From Gemmiger formicilis (GTDB taxonomy: Bacteria; Bacillota_I; Bacilli_A; RFN20; CAG-826), in contig CAVDWX010000010.1 in the NCBI GenBank assembly GCA_963612735.1, positions 10,387 through 74,386 of the forward strand: a DNA stretch of 64,000 nt. Direction: 5' to 3'. Of this stretch, positions 58,687 to 64,000 are shown piece by piece. The number at the start of each line of letters is the position of its first letter. Position 1 is the stretch's first letter. A program made the position numbers and the translations under genes. The notes beneath the pieces are model-generated. The model saw only the letters and a program-made list of their open reading frames with translations, did no database searches and had not been told where the DNA came from.

Positions 58687-58762
58687 GTTGACCAAAAACT
58701 ACTTTTGAGTGCATTATTTTGATATTGCAATTGTAAGTTGCTGTAATAGGAGATGATTTGTA

Positions 58763-60097
58763 ATGGATAAAAAATATATAATCAATTGTATCAACGAAGA
58801 AAATATTAGTTACATTAGACTTCAATTTACGGACATGCTTGGTAATGTCAAAGCAGTTGAAATTCCTTCATCTAAAATTGAAGATGCTTTAAATAATAAA
58901 ATAATGTTTGACGGATCATCTGTTGAAGGGTTTGTCCGTATTAAGGAAGCGGATATGTATCTTCATCCCGATTTAGACACGTTTTTAGTTCTTCCTTTTG
59001 AAGATGATAAGTGTGGTTCTGTAGCTCGATTTATATGTGATGTCTATACTCCCGACGGTCTTCCTTTTGAAGGCGATCCACGTTACATATTAAAAAAACA
59101 AATAAAAAAGATGAAAGAACACGGTATTGAAACGCTTAATATTGGTTTTGAACCAGAATTCTATTTATTTAAATTAAATGATGATGGTACTCCCTCATTA
59201 AAGCCTACCGATGCTGCTTCTTATTTTGATTTATCCCCTTTTGATGGAGGAGAAGATATAAGAAGAGAAATCTCATTAACTCTTGAAAAAATGAATTTTG
59301 ATATTCAAACTTGCCATCACGAGGTGGGACCTGGACAAAATGAAATCACTTTTAAATATAGTGATGTTTTATCATCTTGTGATAAGGTTCAAACTTATAA
59401 ACAAGTTGTGAAAGTTATTGCCAGAAAAAGAGGATATCTAGCTTCCTTTATGCCTAAACCTTTGAACGGACAAGCTGGAAATGGAATGCATACGAATTGT
59501 TCTTTGATGGATAAAGATGGCAATAACCTTTTCTATGATGAAAAAGATCCAATGCAATTATCTTTATTATGTCGTAAATGGATAAGTGGAATATTACGAC
59601 ATAGTCGAGATTTAGCGTTGCTCACTAATCCGATTGTTAATTCTTATAAACGTTTAGTGTCTGGCTTTGAAGCACCTATTTATGCTTGTTGGAGCGATGC
59701 AAATAGAAGTTCTTTGATTCGTATTCCCGCGATTAGAGGAGTGGCAACTAGAACTGAAATTAGAAATGTTGATCCGACCGCTAATCCATATATTGCTCTA
59801 GCGGGCATATTAGCAGCGGGTTTAGAAGGAATTGATAATTTGAATGATGCTGAATTAATTCCTCCTGTTAAAGATAATCTATTTGACTTAAGCGATGATG
59901 AAATTAATGAAAAAGGAATTGCTCATTTACCGGAAACATTATTTGAAGCAGTTCAAGAATTTAAGAAATCAAAATTATTACACGAAGCATTAGGAAAACA
60001 TTTGTATTATCGCTATATTGCCGCGAAAGAAAAAGAGTGGAAAGAATATCACACGACTGTCAGCGAATATGAGATAATTAATTACCTTGGGAGATAG
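58763..60097 (+). CDS. glnA: Glutamine synthetase type I
   Basis: 444 aa; RLQFTDMLGNVKAVEIP, FDGSSVEGF, and C-terminal NPYIALAGILAAGLEGI signatures; RBS AGGAG. Confidence 0.93.
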   Translation: MDKKYIINCINEENISYIRLQFTDMLGNVKAVEIPSSKIEDALNNKIMFDGSSVEGFVRIKEADMYLHPDLDTFLVLPFEDDKCGSVARFICDVYTPDGLPFEGDPRYILKKQIKKMKEHGIETLNIGFEPEFYLFKLNDDGTPSLKPTDAASYFDLSPFDGGEDIRREISLTLEKMNFDIQTCHHEVGPGQNEITFKYSDVLSSCDKVQTYKQVVKVIARKRGYLASFMPKPLNGQAGNGMHTNCSLMDKDGNNLFYDEKDPMQLSLLCRKWISGILRHSRDLALLTNPIVNSYKRLVSGFEAPIYACWSDANRSSLIRIPAIRGVATRTEIRNVDPTANPYIALAGILAAGLEGIDNLNDAELIPPVKDNLFDLSDDEINEKGIAHLPETLFEAVQEFKKSKLLHEALGKHLYYRYIAAKEKEWKEYHTTVSEYEIINYLGR

Positions 60098-60099
60098 TT

Positions 60100-61887
60100 A
60101 TGTGTGGAATAGTAGGAAGTTTAGGATTAATTGAAACAAAAGAATACCTAATTGAAGGATTAAAAACTCTTGATTATCGAGGTTATGATTCCGCAGGTAT
60201 TGCTTTATTAAATAGAAATGAAAATAAAATAAATGTTTATAAATATGTGGGTTCTGTAGAGTATTTAGAAAAAAACATTCCAAATTTAGTTAATGGATAT
60301 TTAGGAATTGGCCATACGAGGTGGGCTACCCACGGTAAACCTAGTGATATAAATTCACATCCGCATTTATCGATGCACGGTTTATTTGCTTTAGTGCATA
60401 ATGGAGTCATTGAAAACTATTTAGAATTAAAAGAAGAACTCATCAATAAGGGCTACAAATTTAAAAGCGATACCGATAGTGAAGTTATTGTTAATCTCCT
60501 CGAAGATAATTTTTTAGAATGTAAAGATGTTTTATTGGCCTTAAACAAAGTCATCAAACAACTCGTTGGTAGTTATGCAATTGTTGTTATTTATAAAGAT
60601 GATAGTGATCATTTATATGTATTAAAAAATGCCTCTCCACTTCTCATTGGTGTTGGTAAAGATTTTAGTCTTGTCGCATCTGATGCCACGCCGATGATTA
60701 AAAGAACTAATAAATTTATCGAATTGAACGATAAGCAATATGGAATTATTTCGCGTGATAAAGTCAGTTTATTTGATGTAAACGGCAAGCCTATTGACAT
60801 AAATTATGTTTCTAAAGAACCAGAATCATGCATTAAAGATTTATGTGGTTATCCTCATTTTATGCTTAAAGAAATTGAAGAAAGTGAGACTGTTGTTAGA
60901 AAATTATTATCTACTTATTATAAGGATGGTAAATTTGCATTCGATCAAACTCTTATTAATAAAATAAAGGATAGTGATCATATTATTTTTGTTGCTTGTG
61001 GCACTAGTTATCATGCCTCTTTAGTGGGCGTTAGATATTTTGAACACATTCAAAAAAGTGCTTCTTCATATATCGCTAGTGAATGGGCTTTTTATCCTTC
61101 TATTCCCGGGAAAGAACCTTTTGTTATCTTTATTTCTCAATCGGGGGAAACCGCTGATTTGATTCACTGCTTAAAAATAGCTAAGGAACATAATTTGCCA
61201 ACCTTAGTTTTAACAAATACTAAAGGTTCAACATTAGAAAGAGGATGTGACTATTCCATTCTCCTTTTAGCGGGCTTAGAGGTATCAGTGGCTTCTACAA
61301 AAGCATATGTTGCCCAAACTGCAGCCCTCGCTTTACTTGCTAATAGTGTAGAAGGTCGATATAAAGTTGATAAAGATTTATTAGATTGTTGCAAGATAAT
61401 TTCATATATTAGAAGCGAATGTAAAGATAAAATTAAAGCCATTGCAAAAATCTTAAAAGATAAAAAAGATATTTTCTATCTCGGGAGAGGATATGACTAT
61501 TTCTTATCAATGGAAGCTTCTTTAAAATTAAAAGAAATCAGCTATATTCATTCTGAAGCTATTGCAGGAGGAGAGCTTAAACATGGCCCAATCGCTTTAA
61601 TTGATAAAGGGACTCCTGTTATTGTCTTTATTACTGATAAAATTACCGCAAATAGTATGAGATGGAATATCGAAGAAGTTAAATCCCGTGGAGCGGATGT
61701 AACAGTTATATCGACTAAATTGCTTTCTAAAGATAGTGACGCTATTGTTGTCGATGATTATCCTTTTTATCTATCTTCTATTGCTGTTTCCACAATTGCC
61801 TTTTATTTAGCGTATTATGTTACCGTTTATAAAGGACTTAATGTCGATAAGCCTCGTAATCTTGCTAAGAGTGTGACTGTTGAATAA
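60100..61887 (+). CDS. glmS: Glutamine--fructose-6-phosphate aminotransferase (isomerising)
   Basis: MCGIVG N-terminal nucleophile Cys, two SIS domains, C-terminal ...KSVTVE; ATG 2 nt after the glnA stop. Confidence 0.95.
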   Translation: MCGIVGSLGLIETKEYLIEGLKTLDYRGYDSAGIALLNRNENKINVYKYVGSVEYLEKNIPNLVNGYLGIGHTRWATHGKPSDINSHPHLSMHGLFALVHNGVIENYLELKEELINKGYKFKSDTDSEVIVNLLEDNFLECKDVLLALNKVIKQLVGSYAIVVIYKDDSDHLYVLKNASPLLIGVGKDFSLVASDATPMIKRTNKFIELNDKQYGIISRDKVSLFDVNGKPIDINYVSKEPESCIKDLCGYPHFMLKEIEESETVVRKLLSTYYKDGKFAFDQTLINKIKDSDHIIFVACGTSYHASLVGVRYFEHIQKSASSYIASEWAFYPSIPGKEPFVIFISQSGETADLIHCLKIAKEHNLPTLVLTNTKGSTLERGCDYSILLLAGLEVSVASTKAYVAQTAALALLANSVEGRYKVDKDLLDCCKIISYIRSECKDKIKAIAKILKDKKDIFYLGRGYDYFLSMEASLKLKEISYIHSEAIAGGELKHGPIALIDKGTPVIVFITDKITANSMRWNIEEVKSRGADVTVISTKLLSKDSDAIVVDDYPFYLSSIAVSTIAFYLAYYVTVYKGLNVDKPRNLAKSVTVE

Positions 61888-62017
61888 ATTAGATTAGTTT
61901 TTTTCTTGCTTATTATAAATTTTTATATTTCATTCTTATCATTTTTTGTTCCACTTTCTTAAAATTCTTCACTTATAATTAAAAAAGAAAGAAAACATAC
62001 TTTGATATTAACTTATT

Positions 62018-62980
62018 ATGATGTTGGTAATTGATATGGGCAAAATTAAAATTATTTGTACTTCTACTGGTTGTTTAGAATATGCTGGAGAAAAGTATAA
62101 GAATGCGGGTATCGATATTATTCGCATTCACATGTTTTTCCAAAATAAGGAATATTTAGAAGGACCAGATTTAGATCCATGGCATTTTTATAAAGTATTA
62201 GAAAATGTCAACGATGTTAAAGGCAATCTTCCTCATACCGCGATGCCAACTAGGGAAGAAATTGAGACGGTTTTCAACAAGGCTTATGAAGAGGGTTATG
62301 AAGAAGTTATCGTCGTAGTCTTATCTTCTTATTTAGGTGGAACTTGGAATTTTATTCGACTAGTGGCTGAAGATTATCATGATAAATTCAAAACAATCAC
62401 TGTGGTAGATGCTCGTATTGCTTGTTTCCAAGAAGGATTATTAGCCTTCAAAGCCAAAGAATTTGTTGATAAAGGTTATGATGTACCTCATATTTTACAA
62501 GAGCTCGAATGGATGAAAGCCCATCAAGAATTCATCGGAGTTTCATCTCGCCTTGATTATATGATTTTAAATGGGCGCTTAAAGGGTGGAAAAGCTTATT
62601 TAGGCAAATTGATGAGTATTTGCCCAGTTGTTCATTTCAATCACAAAGGTGAATTAGCGCCACTTACTAATGCCATGGGCGTAAATAGAGCAATGAATAA
62701 GATGGATGAACAATTACTAGCTTGGATTGGAAATAGAGATAGCAAAGATTACATCCTATATAGAGCTTATACGGGCTATTCACTTCAACCAATACAAAAG
62801 CGTTATGAAGAAAAATATGGCATTAAAGTCAATCATGAAGATGTCATTATGTCCACGGTAACTGGCTGTCATGTCGGGCCATGGATTATTGGCTATGGCT
62901 ATTCACCGATAAGAAGAGAAGATGAACCTCTTGAAGAGATTCCACACTATTATTATGAACAAAATAGAATTAGTCGTTAG
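62018..62980 (+). CDS. degV: DegV-family fatty-acid-binding protein (EDD domain); the true start is probably ATG 62036 (MGKIKIIC...).
   Basis: N-terminus KIKIICTSTGCLEY and overall DegV-like length (about 315 aa). Confidence 0.8.
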   Translation: MMLVIDMGKIKIICTSTGCLEYAGEKYKNAGIDIIRIHMFFQNKEYLEGPDLDPWHFYKVLENVNDVKGNLPHTAMPTREEIETVFNKAYEEGYEEVIVVVLSSYLGGTWNFIRLVAEDYHDKFKTITVVDARIACFQEGLLAFKAKEFVDKGYDVPHILQELEWMKAHQEFIGVSSRLDYMILNGRLKGGKAYLGKLMSICPVVHFNHKGELAPLTNAMGVNRAMNKMDEQLLAWIGNRDSKDYILYRAYTGYSLQPIQKRYEEKYGIKVNHEDVIMSTVTGCHVGPWIIGYGYSPIRREDEPLEEIPHYYYEQNRISR

Positions 62981-64000
62981 TGAAGTAAAAACTAAAAAAG
63001 ATAAGCGAGAATTCATCGCTTTTCCAATAAAATTATTCAAAAATGTGAAATATTATTCACCTTGCTTTCATATGGATGAAGTCGCGATTTTGAATGGCAC
63101 TTCTAAGTATAGTCAAGAATCTTTGTCCTACTTTCTTATTGCTCATAGAGGCAAAAAAGTAGTAGGGCGATTATCGATTATCATTCAAAAAAGGTTCAAT
63201 GAAAAATCTCATCTTAAGCAAGCTCGATTTACTCGATTCGATGTCATTGATGATATCGATGTCAGTAGAGCCTTATTCAGTAAAGGTGAGGAATGGGCAC
63301 GTCTTCAAGGTATGGACACTATTGTTGGGCCACTTGATTATAACGACTTTGAAAGAGAAGGACTACTTATCGAAGGCTTTGATGAATATATGACCTTTGA
63401 AGAGCAATATCATCCACCATATTATCAAAAACATATTGAGGCATTAGGATTTAAAAAAGATGTTGATTGGTATGAATTTCAAATCACTAAAGATGAGGAA
63501 GCTCGAAAGAATATTATAAAACTTGCCAATGCGGTGAGAAGATTTTCAAAAGTCCATTTAGCGGATACTAACATGAGCAAGAAGAAATATCTAAATAAGT
63601 ATAAGAATCAATTTTTTGATGTCATCAATGAATGCTATAAAGATTTATATGGTACGACCGTTTTTACTAACGAAGCGATGGACGATATGATTAAAAATTT
63701 CTCACCCCTTCTTTTGCCTAAATATATTCCGATGGTAGTGGATGAAAATGATCGAGTTGTTGCGACCGCGATTGTTTTTCCCTCCATTTCTAAAATTATT
63801 AAAAGAAGTAAAGGAAGACTTACTCCGCTTGCTATTATTTCTTTACTTAAAACAGTTAAAAAACCAAAAGTCATCGATTTAGGATTAATTGCGGTAAGAC
63901 CTGAATATCAAAAAATGGGTATTAATGTTTTATTTTTAGAAGGAATGTATAAATTACTTGATGAAGGCGTAGAATTTTATGAGACTAATTTAAACTTAGA
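62955..64000 (+). CDS. Putative GNAT-like N-acyltransferase, 3'-truncated by the window end. Absent from the ORF track because no stop is reached.
   Basis: Continuous open frame from ATG 62955 (alternatively ATG 63072) to position 64000; GNAT acetyl-CoA-site-like motif LIAVRPEYQKMGINVLF near the end. Confidence 0.5.
   Translation, partial: MNKIELVVSEVKTKKDKREFIAFPIKLFKNVKYYSPCFHMDEVAILNGTSKYSQESLSYFLIAHRGKKVVGRLSIIIQKRFNEKSHLKQARFTRFDVIDDIDVSRALFSKGEEWARLQGMDTIVGPLDYNDFEREGLLIEGFDEYMTFEEQYHPPYYQKHIEALGFKKDVDWYEFQITKDEEARKNIIKLANAVRRFSKVHLADTNMSKKKYLNKYKNQFFDVINECYKDLYGTTVFTNEAMDDMIKNFSPLLLPKYIPMVVDENDRVVATAIVFPSISKIIKRSKGRLTPLAIISLLKTVKKPKVIDLGLIAVRPEYQKMGINVLFLEGMYKLLDEGVEFYETNLNL

Noticed and set aside
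1-64000. Checked for alternative genetic code (UGA = Trp, as in Mycoplasma/Spiroplasma), tRNA or rRNA genes, CRISPR arrays and IS or transposase genes.
   Set aside because: All long housekeeping ORFs are intact under the standard code and prfB uses TGA as a regulated stop. No tRNA cloverleaf-like GC-rich 75-90 nt segments, no rRNA-like conserved stretches, no regularly spaced direct repeats with spacers, and no transposase or integrase ORFs were seen.

Overview
This 64-kb window is low-GC DNA (about 30% GC by eye) from a Firmicutes/Mollicutes-like anaerobe that uses the standard genetic code: long housekeeping ORFs are intact and Trp is TGG. Genes are tightly packed on both strands. Contents in order: (1) 1-19.3 kb is a convergent two-operon glycan-utilisation locus: two lipoproteins, unusual ABC transporter parts (including a MalK/MsmK-like ATPase with a ~190-aa coiled-coil insertion), several glycoside hydrolases/phosphorylase (GH130, GH20-like, GH78-like six-hairpin, two large GH-like proteins) and L-fucose isomerase. 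(2) 19.5-40.5 kb is a conserved housekeeping block: yfhO, rsmI, ricT, holB, tmk, recR, ybaB, dnaX, then prfA-prmC-tsaC-rpiB, comFA-comFC, and secA-prfB-yitT-uvrB-secG. prfB carries the classic programmed +1 frameshift (CTT TGA C at codon 26). (3) 40.6-53.3 kb is an accessory region: an orphan AAA_14/DUF4143 ATPase, two DUF308 membrane paralogs, a MATE efflux pump, two Schlafen-like (AlbA_2 + HATPase_c_4 + wHTH, COG2865) paralogs of which one has an in-frame TAA, a 1033-aa Upf1-like SF1 helicase fused to a C-terminal Vsr/DUF559-like PD-(D/E)xK nuclease domain (Hhe-like), and a co-transcribed uncharacterised 490-aa partner. This region is marked by arrays of an 8-bp TTGGTGCA motif and is the best candidate for an undescribed defence/regulatory system. 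(4) 53.3-58.6 kb holds rex followed by a sensory [FeFe]-hydrogenase cluster: NuoE-like 2Fe-2S protein, HydS with a PAS domain, a PP2C/SpoIIE phosphatase and a second [FeFe]-hydrogenase. (5) 58.7-64 kb holds translationally coupled glnA-glmS (no glmS ribozyme), degV, and a GNAT-like ORF that runs off the window end. No rRNA, tRNA or CRISPR array was found.
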